A DNA stretch of 64,000 nt, taken from Bryobacteraceae bacterium (GTDB lineage: Bacteria; Acidobacteriota; Terriglobia; Bryobacterales; Bryobacteraceae). Location of the stretch: assembly GCA_049511335.1 (NCBI GenBank), contig JBEKYD010000001.1:28097-92096 (forward strand), given 5' to 3'. The position numbers were made by a program, and so were the translations under genes. Every line of letters starts with the position of its first letter. Position 1 is the stretch's first letter. This document shows, in pieces, positions 53,023 to 62,577 of the stretch. The notes under the pieces were generated by a model. That model was given only the letters and a program-made list of their open reading frames with translations, was not told the origin of the DNA and searched no databases.

Positions 53023-55182
53023 CTAACTTGCCGCCGATTCTCTTTTTTCGCAAAGCAGCGCCATCGATCGCGGCTGGAGCTCGTACAATTCCCCGGCCTC
53101 AACCTGTTTCCCGTTCGGCGCGGTCGCGACCGTATCGAAGACCACGTCCCAGCTCACCCCGGCCTCCGCCGGTAAACGGAATTGCACTGCTTCCACGTGG
53201 GCGTTCAGAAGCATCAAAAACGTGTCGTCTTTGATCGGTTCGCCCACGGCGTTCACGTCTTCCAGCGTGCGTCCGTTCAGCTTCAAACCGATACAGCGCA
53301 TCCAGCCGGCGTTCCACTGGTCGCCGGACATTTCGCCGCCGTCGGATCCCAGCCACATAATGTCCTGCTCGGTGTGGCCATCCACCTGCCGCTGCGCCGT
53401 GCCGGGATCGATCGGCCGGTCCTGGAAGAATTTTCGGCGGTGCAGGTTGGGATGGCTGCGGCGGATCTCCACCAGGCGGCGCGTGAACTCCAGCAACGAT
53501 TTTTGGCGCTCGTCCAGGTCCCACTGATACCAACTGATTTCGTTGTCCTGCGCGTAGGCGTTGTTATTGCCCTTCTGGGTGCGCCCGATCTCGTCGCCGC
53601 CCGAAATCATCGGAACGCCCTGCGAAAGCATCAGCGTCGCCAGCAGATTGCGCTTCTGCTGTTCGCGCACCTCCACAATGGCGGCGTCGCCGGTAGGCCC
53701 TTCCACCCCGTAGTTATAAGAATGATTCTCGTTGCTGCCGTCGCGGTTCTCCTCGCCGTTGGCCTCGTTGTGCTTGTGGTTGTAGCTCACCAGGTCGTTC
53801 AAGGTCATGCCGTCGTGCGCCACGATGAAGTTGACGCTGGCGGTGGGGTGCCGTCCGTCGTGCTGGTAGAGGTCGCTCGAACCGGTCAGGCGATAGCCCA
53901 ATTCGGCCAGGATGCCGTGGTCGCCCTTCCAGAACCGCCGCATGCTGTCGCGATACTTGCCGTTCCACTCAGCCCATAAGCTGGGAAACTTACCCACCTG
54001 GTATCCGCCTTCGCCCACGTCCCAGGGCTCGGCGATGAGTTTCACCTGGGAGATCACCGGGTCCTGATTGATGATGTCGAAGAAGGCCGAAAGGCGGTCG
54101 ACCGCATGCAGCTCGCGCGCCAGCGCGGCCGCCAGGTCGAAGCGGAACCCATCCACGCGCATTTCCTGCACCCAGTAGCGCAGGCTGTCCATGATGAGCT
54201 TGAGCACCTGGGGATGGCGCACGTTGAAGGTGTTGCCGGTGCCGGTAAAATCCATGTAGAAACGCGGCTTGTCGGGCAGCAGCCGATAGTAAGTCGCGTT
54301 ATCCACTCCCCTGAAGCTCAGCGTCGGCCCCATGTGGTTTCCCTCGGCGGTGTGATTGTATACCACGTCCAGGATGACTTCGATGCCGGCCCGGTGCAGC
54401 GCCTTCACCATGGCCTTGAATTCCCCGATCTGTTCGCCGTTGTAGCCGGCCGCGTAGCGCGCATCGGGCGCGAAAAAGTTGATCGAATTGTAGCCCCAAT
54501 AATTGCGCAGCCCTTGATCCACCAGGTGCTTGTCGTCCACGAATTCATGCACCGGCATCAGCTCCACCGCGGTAATCCCAAGCTTCTTGAGATATTCGAT
54601 GGACGCGGGATGCGCCAGGCCGGCGTAGGTGCCGCGCAGTTCCTTGGGTATCTCCGGTTGCAAAGCCGTAAAACCCTTCACGTGCAGTTCGTAGATCACC
54701 GAATCGTGCAGGGGCGTGAGAGGCGGCCGGTCGTTCTCCCAGTCGAAATGAGATGTCGTGACGACGCACTTGGGCATGCCCCAGGCATCGTCGTTCTGGT
54801 CGGGTTTCAGATCGGCGTCCGCGCCGTCCGGAGTGTAGCCGAAGACCGGCGCGTCCCAATTCAGCGGGCCGGCGATCGCCTTGGCGTACGGGTCGAGCAG
54901 CAGCTTCGCCGGATTGAAACGGTTGCCGTGCTCGGGATCGTACGGCCCGTGCACGCGGTAGCCGTACAGTTGGCCCAGCTTGATGCCGGGCAGATAGCCG
55001 TGCCAAACGTAGCCCGTGCATTCGCGGAAGGAAACGGTTTCCGCCGCGGCCGACTCGATGTCGTCGAAAAGACATAATTCCACACCGGCGGCGTGCTCCG
55101 AGTACAGGGAGAAATTGACGCCGGTTCCATCCCACGTAGCTCCTTGCGGATATGGTTTACCAGGTAGAAGTGTGTGCGGCAT
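53023..55182 (-). CDS. glgX: glycogen debranching enzyme (GH13 isoamylase-type)
   Basis: N-terminus [24 protein letters not shown]13 regions [21 protein letters not shown] and [16 protein letters not shown]. Confidence 0.9.
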   Translation of the reverse strand: MPHTLLPGKPYPQGATWDGTGVNFSLYSEHAAGVELCLFDDIESAAAETVSFRECTGYVWHGYLPGIKLGQLYGYRVHGPYDPEHGNRFNPAKLLLDPYAKAIAGPLNWDAPVFGYTPDGADADLKPDQNDDAWGMPKCVVTTSHFDWENDRPPLTPLHDSVIYELHVKGFTALQPEIPKELRGTYAGLAHPASIEYLKKLGITAVELMPVHEFVDDKHLVDQGLRNYWGYNSINFFAPDARYAAGYNGEQIGEFKAMVKALHRAGIEVILDVVYNHTAEGNHMGPTLSFRGVDNATYYRLLPDKPRFYMDFTGTGNTFNVRHPQVLKLIMDSLRYWVQEMRVDGFRFDLAAALARELHAVDRLSAFFDIINQDPVISQVKLIAEPWDVGEGGYQVGKFPSLWAEWNGKYRDSMRRFWKGDHGILAELGYRLTGSSDLYQHDGRHPTASVNFIVAHDGMTLNDLVSYNHKHNEANGEENRDGSNENHSYNYGVEGPTGDAAIVEVREQQKRNLLATLMLSQGVPMISGGDEIGRTQKGNNNAYAQDNEISWYQWDLDERQKSLLEFTRRLVEIRRSHPNLHRRKFFQDRPIDPGTAQRQVDGHTEQDIMWLGSDGGEMSGDQWNAGWMRCIGLKLNGRTLEDVNAVGEPIKDDTFLMLLNAHVEAVQFRLPAEAGVSWDVVFDTVATAPNGKQVEAGELYELQPRSMALLCEKRESAAS

Positions 55183-55300
55183 ATCCCGCCTCTACTGTAA
55201 CAGGGGCGGGGCCGGTTTCATGGAGAAAAAAGGGAGCAGCGGCTTCGAGCCCGTGGCGGAAGCCGGGCGACTGTCGCAAGCCGCGCCAATGACGTTCGAA

Positions 55301-57904
55301 TCAGAAACGCAAATCGGGCACCGCTCGTGGAATCCGCCGCGGAGGCGCGGCCGAAACCTTTACCGCGTGCGGGGCGGTTTCGAGTTGGGCCATGGCTTGG
55401 TAACTGCGTTCCGCCTCGGCGGCGATGGCGGTCCATGAAAATCGCCGCTCCACGGTGCGGCGGCCCGCGGCGCCCATGCGTTCGCGTAGGGCAGGGGAGG
55501 CCAGCACCACGCCTAGCGCGGCGGCGAACCTGGCGTTTCCATCCCGAATCAAAGCTTCCCGTCCGTCGGTCAGCCCCAACCCGGCCGAACCCACCGGCGT
55601 GGTGACGATGGCCTTGCCGCAGGCCATGGCTTCCAGCACCTTGATGTTCGTCCCAGCCGAAACCGCCAGCGGAATCGCCACTGCCGTGGCTCGCGCATAC
55701 AGTGGACGCAAATCGGAAACGAAACCCTGAACCTCAATCCGGCCGTCGAGCTCACCCAACGTTTCCGTCCTCCCAAAGCACTTCCAAAAACTCTCGTGCT
55801 CCGGGCCGGCCACCACCCGCAAGCGCGCTTCCGGGAAGCGCTGCCAAACCAGAGGCATCACTTCACGCCGCAGGTTTTCGAAACCCAGAATGTTGGGCAG
55901 GTGGCGGAAAGAACCCACGTAGAGGATCTCCGGCGCGGCGTCCCGACCCGAAGTCGCTTGCTCTGCGCACGGCACGAAACGTTCGATATCCACGCCGTTG
56001 GGAATTGCGAACACGCCGGATGGATTGGCGCCTTCGGCGATAGCGGCCTGGCGGTCGTCGTCGGATACCGTCCAGACGCCGTCCAAGGTCCGCAGCCACC
56101 GGCTTTCGTATGCCCGCCACCGTTCGTATTCGCGGCGGGCTTCCTCGCCAGGTTGGCTTTCGAGCAATTGGCGATAAAGCTGGAAGGTGATGTCGTGCTC
56201 CACCAGCAGCGCCGGCACGCGGGGAGCCGCGCTGCGGAAGTGGGCCAAGTGGGTGTATTCGATCTGCAGCAGGTCGGGCTGAAAGGTGTCCGCCAGGTGG
56301 CCGATCAGGGCCCGCAGGCTGCTCGACTGGTGGTGCCGGACTTGGCTCGGCAGGCTGCGGTCCCCGGAAGCCCTCTCGTCCATGTCCACCACGTACACTT
56401 GCCGGAAGATTTCGTTCAGTTTCGGGTAGTCGACGAACTCGCCCTTCTCGCGGATGGCAGCCAGCGCAAAATCCACGCGTCCGGAGAGTTCGCGGCAAAG
56501 ATTGAAAATCCGTACCGCGCCGCCGTGGGCCAACGGGTAGGGCAGGAACGGCGTCACCAGCAGCACCTTGGGACGGCCATCGCGCGATCGCGCGCTGCGC
56601 GGCCAGCCGCATGCCGTGGCAATCGTGCCGCCCGTCAAGCCGGCATCGCGCGGACCCAGCCGCCGCAACTGGCGGCTGGCCAGAATGCGCGCGGCGCAGG
56701 CGGTTTCCTCCATCGGAAGATCCGGCTGCTCGCTCGAACCGCCATCGTGACCGACACTATAAGAAGACCAGCCAGCCGCGGCCGCCTTCCAGAACAACGT
56801 CAACCAGGTGGTTCCCGCAAGACCGCAGCGCGGAATGCCGAGTGCCAGCAGTTTCTGCCGATCCACCAGCATCGTGCGCGCCAGCGGCGCCAGCACGCGC
56901 GAGCTTTCGCCCGGCTGCAGTGTCCGGAACGGCGCCATCGGCAGCAGGGAAGGTTTCCAGCCGCGATGGTGGGTCTGCAAGGCAACCGCAAACGTGCGCC
57001 GGTCCGCAAACAGCGGCAGCATGCGATCGCAGTCTGGCGGTGCCTCCGCATCCTGCTCCCCATCCTGCTCCCCGTCCTGCCGCCAGAGCAGCCAGCGCGC
57101 CTTCGACGCGCGCACGAACTCCTCGAACTGGGCGCCGTTCCAATCCTCCGGGACCTCGAAAACGTCAATGCCTTCGCCCGATTCCGGATCGTTGCCTTGC
57201 CCAACTTTGACCCGCAACGCGCCGCGCCCATCCAACAGCCGCAAAAGGGCGCGCTGCGGATAGCCGCATCGTTTCAGCGCCGATGCAGCCGCCCGCAGCG
57301 CAGCCGCGCCGGCCACGTCCCTGATGCGCGTCGCCCGCGGCGAGCGCCAGGCATGTACCGTGGCCAGATCCCAATAATCCAAAACACGCTGCCAGCCCGA
57401 ATCGAGCGCCTCTCGCAGGCGATGCCACATCGAGCGCACACGCTGCCAGCCCAAATCGAGCGCCTCTCGCAAGCGATGCCGCATGTAGCGCGCGATCCCC
57501 GCCAGCGTAGCGGGAAAGAAATCTCCATTCCGGTTCAGAAGCACGCCCCGGAACGGCGGCACCACCAAAGGAGCCAGCTTCAAAGACCATTGCCCGCCCG
57601 CGCCGTTCCAAGCGCCAGCACTCAGAGCCACCCAGCGGCCCCGCAATTGGCGCTGCGCTTCCACCAACAGCGCCATCGAGCCGCGCTCCACAAACACCCG
57701 TTCGCACAGCGCGCAGGTCTCGCCGGTCGGGACTGCGGTGGTGAACAGCCAGATGGGAATCCCCCCCGTTCCCCGCCGGACGTGTTGCACCAACGAATCG
57801 CAGCTCGCCGTATCGGCCCCGAAAACGGCAACCACTCTCCGATCGCCTTTACCGGTCAACCTGACGAGCCTCTTCAGCCCGCTTTTCGCCCGAGAGATAA
57901 CCAC
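55301..57904 (-). CDS. large multidomain glycosyltransferase; C-terminal GT-B (GT1/GT4) domain, N-terminal ~440 aa unassigned
   Basis: 867 aa with a GTG start. C-terminal half: KVLLVTPFLPYPLAHGGAVRIFNL ... GTNIKVLEAMACGKAIVTTPVG (E-x7-E-like region). The N-terminal half contains an in-frame 54-bp tandem duplication. Confidence 0.85.
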   Translation of the reverse strand: MVISRAKSGLKRLVRLTGKGDRRVVAVFGADTASCDSLVQHVRRGTGGIPIWLFTTAVPTGETCALCERVFVERGSMALLVEAQRQLRGRWVALSAGAWNGAGGQWSLKLAPLVVPPFRGVLLNRNGDFFPATLAGIARYMRHRLREALDLGWQRVRSMWHRLREALDSGWQRVLDYWDLATVHAWRSPRATRIRDVAGAAALRAAASALKRCGYPQRALLRLLDGRGALRVKVGQGNDPESGEGIDVFEVPEDWNGAQFEEFVRASKARWLLWRQDGEQDGEQDAEAPPDCDRMLPLFADRRTFAVALQTHHRGWKPSLLPMAPFRTLQPGESSRVLAPLARTMLVDRQKLLALGIPRCGLAGTTWLTLFWKAAAAGWSSYSVGHDGGSSEQPDLPMEETACAARILASRQLRRLGPRDAGLTGGTIATACGWPRSARSRDGRPKVLLVTPFLPYPLAHGGAVRIFNLCRELSGRVDFALAAIREKGEFVDYPKLNEIFRQVYVVDMDERASGDRSLPSQVRHHQSSSLRALIGHLADTFQPDLLQIEYTHLAHFRSAAPRVPALLVEHDITFQLYRQLLESQPGEEARREYERWRAYESRWLRTLDGVWTVSDDDRQAAIAEGANPSGVFAIPNGVDIERFVPCAEQATSGRDAAPEILYVGSFRHLPNILGFENLRREVMPLVWQRFPEARLRVVAGPEHESFWKCFGRTETLGELDGRIEVQGFVSDLRPLYARATAVAIPLAVSAGTNIKVLEAMACGKAIVTTPVGSAGLGLTDGREALIRDGNARFAAALGVVLASPALRERMGAAGRRTVERRFSWTAIAAEAERSYQAMAQLETAPHAVKVSAAPPRRIPRAVPDLRF
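57384..57487. repeat. 54-bp tandem duplication (2 copies) inside the GT1 CDS
   Basis: ACACGCTGCCAGCCCGAATCGAGCGCCTCTCGCAGGCGATGCCACAT and ACACGCTGCCAGCCCAAATCGAGCGCCTCTCGCAAGCGATGCCGCAT, offset by 54 bp. They encode MRHRLREALDLGWQRV / MWHRLREALDSGWQRV. Confidence 0.8.
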
Positions 57905-58145
57905 AAAATTACACCCGTGTTACGTTCTTCACGCCGCGCTTTCCACTCTTTTCCACACCTGCACGGCACGCGAGGAACGATACATCATAACCTGCTTTAG
58001 GTCTATGTCAGTATGGAAACATACCTGTTTACTGTTCTGGTACGCCTAGGCCCTAGGGCGGGCGTTTTCGCCTTCAGGGCGGCCTTCACGCCCGCTTCCA
58101 TCTCGGGAATCTTGACCCTTCCGTAACCTGTTACCCTGACTTCTG

Positions 58146-60455
58146 ATGATGTCGCTACGTACGGTTGCCGTGCTGGGCGCCGGGACCATGGGGTCGCGCA
58201 TCGCGGCCCATTTCGCCAATGCTGGCTATCCGGTGGAGCTGCTGGACGTGTCGGACTCGGCCGTCCGCCAAGGGCTGGATGCGGCCCGCAAGAGCAGACC
58301 GGGCGCGTTCTTTACAGATTCCGCCGCCAGCCTGATTCGTACCGGTACTTTCGACGAGAACCTGCCGCGCATTACCGAATGCGAATGGATCGTGGAAGCC
58401 GTAGTTGAGGATCTGGCGGCGAAACGCGCCCTGCTCGATCGCGTGCAGCGGTTTCGCCGGCCCGGCGCGATTCTCTCCACCAATACCAGTGGGATTCCGC
58501 TGGCCCGCATTTCGGAAGGTTGGCCCGCCGAACCGCGCGCGCATTTCCTGGGTGCCCACTTCTTCAATCCGCCTCGCTACCTGCACCTGGTTGAGATCGT
58601 CCCCGGCGCGGACACCCTCCCCGAAGTGGCCGCTTGGGTCTCCGCCTTCTGCGACCGGCGCCTGGGCAAGGGCGTGGTGCCGTGCAAGGATACGCCCAAT
58701 TTCATCGCCAACCGCGTAGGCGGCTTCTTTGGCGCCACCGCGCACCGGCTTGCCGTCGCGGGCGATTACACCGTGGAAGAGGCCGATTCGCTCACCGGTC
58801 CTTTGATCGGCCTTCCCAAAAGCGCCACCTTTCGCCTGGTGGATATCGTCGGTCTCGACGTTTGGGCCCACGTGTTGGATAACGTTTACGTGCTGGCGCC
58901 CGGCGATCCGGCGCGCGACCGCTTCGCCATGCCCGCATTCATGGCCCGCATGATGGAGCGCGGCTGGCTGGGCGATAAGCGTGGCCAGGGCTTCTATAAA
59001 CGCGTGGGCAGCGCCAAGGAAATCCACGCCATCGATTGGAAGACGCTGGAATACCACCCGGCGCAAAAGCCGCGCTTCGAGTCGGCGGAAGCGGCCGCGC
59101 GAATTTCCGATTTGCCCGTCCGGCTGCGCGCCTTGGTGGCGGCCGAAGATCGCGCCGGCCAATTCCTCTGGCCGCTCTTCCGCGATCTTTTCGCTTACGT
59201 GGCCGGCATTGCCCCGGAAATCTCCCTCCGCATCGTCGAGATCGACCGCGCTCTGCGCTGGGGTTTCGCCTTTCAGCTCGGCCCGTTCGAGCTGTGGGAC
59301 GCGCTCGGAGTGGCCCAGACCGCCGAGCGCATGGCGCGAGACGGCACGCCGCTACCGCCCCCGGTCGAGCGAATGTTGGCTTCCGGCGCGCGTTCTTTCT
59401 ATGCGGCTGCCGACCGCGACGGCCAGCCAGGTACCCGCTACTTCGATTTTGGCGCTCACGGTGAAGCCCTTGGCGCGGACGCCTGGCGCGAGTTGGAACC
59501 GCGGCCCGGAATACTCTCGCTGGCCGCCATCAAGCGCGCCCGCGGTGTCATCGAAACCAATCGAAGCGCATCGCTCGTCGACCTTGAGGACGGCGTGTTC
59601 TGCGTGGAGTTTCACACCCGTTCCAACGCGCTCGACGACGGCGCGCTCTCGATGATCGAATCAGGGCTCGACCGAACTGCGCGCCACGGCCAGGCCTTGC
59701 TGATCGCCAACCAGGGCGAACAATTCAGCGCCGGCGCCAGCCTCGCGCCCATCCTCGGCGCCGCCGAGGAAGGCGACTGGAGCCGGATCGACGCCATGCT
59801 GCGCCGGTTGCAGCAGATCCATATGGCCATCAAGTATGCGCCCCGGCCCGTAGTGGCGGCGCCCTTCGGCTCTACCCTCGGAGCCGGATGCGAATTGGTG
59901 TTGCACGCCGTTCATGCCCAGGCATCGGCGGAAACCTACATGGGGATGGTGGAATTTGGCGTGGGCCTCATCCCGGCCGCCGGGGGCATCAAGGAGTTGG
60001 CGTTGCGCCTGGCCGATCCGAAACGCGTTCTCGATCTGATCGTTTCCGCCAAGATATCTTCCAGCGCCGAAAACGCGCGCGAGCTCGGCCTGTTACGCCC
60101 GCGCGATGGAATTACCATGAATCCCGAACGCCTGCTCGGGGACGCCAAAGCTGCGGCCCTGGCGCTGGCTGGCTCGCATACGCCCGGCACGCCCAGGCTC
60201 GCGATTCCCGTCGAAAGCACGGCCGCGGACGAGTTCGCCGCGTGGCGCGAAGCGGGGCGAATCTCAGGATACGATTGCATCGTAGCCGAAAAGCTCGCGT
60301 GGGTGTTGAGCGGAGGCGGCTCGCCGGCCGGGCAAACCGTTTCCGAACAGCAACTGCTCGATCTTGAACGCGAAGCGTTTCTCTCCCTCTGCGGACAACC
60401 GGAGACCCGCGAGCGCATGGCCCACATGCTCGCAACCGGAAAAGCCAAAGGCTAA
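58146..60455 (+). CDS. bifunctional 3-hydroxyacyl-CoA dehydrogenase / enoyl-CoA hydratase (FadN-type domain order)
   Basis: N-terminal Rossmann VAVLGAGTMGSRIAAHFANAG and the 3HCDH body. C-terminal crotonase-like domain (FCVEFHTRSNALD...ANQGEQFSAGAS). Confidence 0.9.
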   Translation: MMSLRTVAVLGAGTMGSRIAAHFANAGYPVELLDVSDSAVRQGLDAARKSRPGAFFTDSAASLIRTGTFDENLPRITECEWIVEAVVEDLAAKRALLDRVQRFRRPGAILSTNTSGIPLARISEGWPAEPRAHFLGAHFFNPPRYLHLVEIVPGADTLPEVAAWVSAFCDRRLGKGVVPCKDTPNFIANRVGGFFGATAHRLAVAGDYTVEEADSLTGPLIGLPKSATFRLVDIVGLDVWAHVLDNVYVLAPGDPARDRFAMPAFMARMMERGWLGDKRGQGFYKRVGSAKEIHAIDWKTLEYHPAQKPRFESAEAAARISDLPVRLRALVAAEDRAGQFLWPLFRDLFAYVAGIAPEISLRIVEIDRALRWGFAFQLGPFELWDALGVAQTAERMARDGTPLPPPVERMLASGARSFYAAADRDGQPGTRYFDFGAHGEALGADAWRELEPRPGILSLAAIKRARGVIETNRSASLVDLEDGVFCVEFHTRSNALDDGALSMIESGLDRTARHGQALLIANQGEQFSAGASLAPILGAAEEGDWSRIDAMLRRLQQIHMAIKYAPRPVVAAPFGSTLGAGCELVLHAVHAQASAETYMGMVEFGVGLIPAAGGIKELALRLADPKRVLDLIVSAKISSSAENARELGLLRPRDGITMNPERLLGDAKAAALALAGSHTPGTPRLAIPVESTAADEFAAWREAGRISGYDCIVAEKLAWVLSGGGSPAGQTVSEQQLLDLEREAFLSLCGQPETRERMAHMLATGKAKG

Positions 60456-60465
60456 CCGATTCCGT

Positions 60466-60590
60466 AGTAGGGCGGACCCCCTGGTCCGCGGGGGACGCCC
60501 TCGTCCCCCACTTCTTCCCACGAATCGGGTCTCCGAGATCGGCGAAGAGCCGGCCAGGGGCCGTCCGCGGACGAGGGCGTCCGCCCTACA
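60466..60590. repeat. palindromic repeat family 2 (about 125 bp, GGGCGGACC...GGTCCGCCC type)
   Basis: Outer arms GTAGGGCGGAC (60468-60478) / GTCCGCCCTAC (60579-60589). Inner arms GGACGCCCTCGTCC (60493-60506) / GGACGAGGGCGTCC (60569-60582). A partial copy lies at 51373-51395. Confidence 0.75.
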
Positions 60591-60655
60591 ACTGACCTCA
60601 GCCCCACCCTTCCAGCCCCGCTGGAAGCCCTGCGCTAAAATGAGGTTGCTCAAAA

Positions 60656-61195
60656 ATGACAACCAGGATACGGTCCACAACGGTGCTATGCGTGCGCCGC
60701 GATAATAAGGTGGTGATGGCGGGCGATGGTCAAGTGACCTTGGGCGCGGAAGTCATTAAATCTTCCGCGCGCAAGATCCGCCGTCTCTATAACGATAAGA
60801 TCCTCGCCGGGTTTGCCGGCTCCACGGCGGATGCCTTCGCGCTCTTCTCGCGCTTCGAAACCAAGCTCGAGCAATTCAACGGCAACCTGGCTCGCTCCGT
60901 CGTGGAACTGGCCAAGGAGTGGCGCACCGACCGCGCCCTCCGTCACCTGGAGGCTCTCTTGCTCGTCGCCGACGCCGGCAGCACCTACCTGGTGAGCGGC
61001 AACGGCGACGTGATCGAGCCCGACGAAGGCGTAGCCGCCATCGGCTCTGGCGGCCCGTTCGCGCTCTCCGCCGCCACCGCCCTCATGCAAAACACCAAAA
61101 TGTCGGCTCGCCATATCGCCGAACAGTCCATGAAAATAGCCGGCAAAATCTGCATTTATACCAACGAGAATTTTCTCTTCGAGGAGCTCGAATAG
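60656..61195 (+). CDS. hslV: ATP-dependent protease subunit HslV
   Basis: N-terminal Thr nucleophile context [51 protein letters not shown]. Confidence 0.95.
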   Translation: MTTRIRSTTVLCVRRDNKVVMAGDGQVTLGAEVIKSSARKIRRLYNDKILAGFAGSTADAFALFSRFETKLEQFNGNLARSVVELAKEWRTDRALRHLEALLLVADAGSTYLVSGNGDVIEPDEGVAAIGSGGPFALSAATALMQNTKMSARHIAEQSMKIAGKICIYTNENFLFEELE

Positions 61196-61197
61196 CC

Positions 61198-62556
61198 ATG
61201 GTCATCTATCTGCCAGGCCAATCCGACGACGAAGCGCCGCAACTCGACGAGCTCACGCCCCGCGAAATCGTCCGCGAATTGGACAAACACGTGGTCGGCC
61301 AGGCCGAAGCCAAGCGCGCCGTCGCCATCGCCTTGCGCAACCGCATCCGCCGCCAGAAACTCGCGCCCGAGATGGCCGAAGAGGTGATGCCCAAAAACAT
61401 TCTCATGATCGGCCCCACCGGCGTGGGCAAAACCGAGCTCGCCCGGCGCCTGGCCAAACTGTCCAATTCGCCGTTCTTGAAGGTCGAGGCCAGCAAGTTC
61501 ACCGAGGTCGGCTACGTCGGCCGCGATGTCGAATCCATGATTCGCGATCTGGTCGATATCGCCATCGACATGGTGCGCGAGGAACGCCTGGATGAAGTGG
61601 CCGACCGCGCCGAGCTCAACGCCGAGGACCGTCTGCTGGACCTCCTCATGCCGCCTCAGCCCGAGCCCAGCGAAAGCGTGGAGCGCACCCGCGAGAAGCT
61701 GCGCGAGCGCCTGCGCGAAGGCAAGCTCGACGAGCGCCTGGTCGAGATCGAAGTCAAGGACCGCGGCCCTTCCCTCGAAATCACCACCAACGCCGGCATC
61801 GAGGACATGGGCATCAACCTCAAGGACATGCTGCCCAATTTCTTCAACCAGAAAACCCGGCGCCGCAAAATGCGCGTAGCCGAAGCGCTCGATTACCTGG
61901 TGCAGGAAGAGGAGCAGAAGCTGATCGATATGGACCAGGTCACCCGCCAGGCGCTCGAGCGCGTCGAATCGAACGGCATCATTTTCTTGGACGAGATCGA
62001 TAAGATTGCCGGCCGCGAGTCCGGCCACGGCCCGGACGTCAGCCGCGAAGGCGTGCAGCGCGACATTCTCCCCATCGTCGAAGGCACCACCGTCAATACC
62101 CGCCACGGCTTTCTGCGCACCGACCACATCCTGTTCATCGCCGCCGGCGCGTTCCATGTCTCCAAACCCAGCGACATGATCCCCGAGCTCCAGGGCCGCT
62201 TTCCCATCCGCGTCGAGCTCAAATCGCTCACCGTGGAAGACTTCATCCGCATTTTGAAAGAGCCCAAAAACGCCCTCTCGAAGCAGTACACCGCGCTGCT
62301 CGAAACCGAGGGCATCAAGCTCACCCTGACTGACGATGCGCTGGAGGAAGTGGCGCGCTTCGCCGCCCAGGTGAACCAGTCGTCGGAAAATATCGGCGCC
62401 CGCCGCCTCCACACCATCATGGAAAAGCTGCTTGAAGAAATCTCCTTCGAGGGCCCCGACCTGAAGAAGAAGAACGTCAAAGTCGACTCCATTTACGTCC
62501 GCAAACAGCTCGCCGACATCGTCAAAGACCAGGACCTGAGCCGCTACATCTTATAG
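61198..62556 (+). CDS. hslU: ATP-dependent protease ATPase subunit HslU
   Basis: Start set to the ATG at 61198, 3 nt after hsl[32 protein letters not shown], Walker [10 protein letters not shown], Walker [12 protein letters not shown]-terminal [15 protein letters not shown]. Confidence 0.95.
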   Translation: MVIYLPGQSDDEAPQLDELTPREIVRELDKHVVGQAEAKRAVAIALRNRIRRQKLAPEMAEEVMPKNILMIGPTGVGKTELARRLAKLSNSPFLKVEASKFTEVGYVGRDVESMIRDLVDIAIDMVREERLDEVADRAELNAEDRLLDLLMPPQPEPSESVERTREKLRERLREGKLDERLVEIEVKDRGPSLEITTNAGIEDMGINLKDMLPNFFNQKTRRRKMRVAEALDYLVQEEEQKLIDMDQVTRQALERVESNGIIFLDEIDKIAGRESGHGPDVSREGVQRDILPIVEGTTVNTRHGFLRTDHILFIAAGAFHVSKPSDMIPELQGRFPIRVELKSLTVEDFIRILKEPKNALSKQYTALLETEGIKLTLTDDALEEVARFAAQVNQSSENIGARRLHTIMEKLLEEISFEGPDLKKKNVKVDSIYVRKQLADIVKDQDLSRYIL

Positions 62557-62577
62557 TTCCCTCGACCTCCAGTCCCG

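Noticed and set aside
52859-53053. A 64-aa minus-strand ORF between dinB and glgX.
   Set aside because: It overlaps the 3' end of glgX, is highly basic, and has no motif or RBS.
55290-55305. CGTTCGAATCA, resembling a tRNA T-arm/T-loop.
   Set aside because: No acceptor stem, anticodon arm or D-arm can be drawn around it, and it spans the stop codon of the GT1 gene. I found no tRNA or rRNA candidates elsewhere by eye.
55796-58000. Long ORFs antisense to confidently called genes. Examples: 55796-58000 (+, 734 aa), 44915-46741 (+, 608 aa), 25715-27085 (-, 456 aa), 24643-25938 (+, 431 aa), 15378-16748 (+, 456 aa), 61156-62412 (-, 418 aa), 9377-10558 (+, 393 aa), 7673-8758 (+, 361 aa), 50108-51205 (-, 365 aa), 35057-36172 (-, 371 aa), 58155-59162 (-, 335 aa), 54106-55077 (+, 323 aa).
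   Set aside because: These are typical high-GC shadow ORFs. They have Arg/Gly/Pro/His-rich, low-complexity composition and no motifs. Each fully overlaps a gene with strong family signatures on the other strand.
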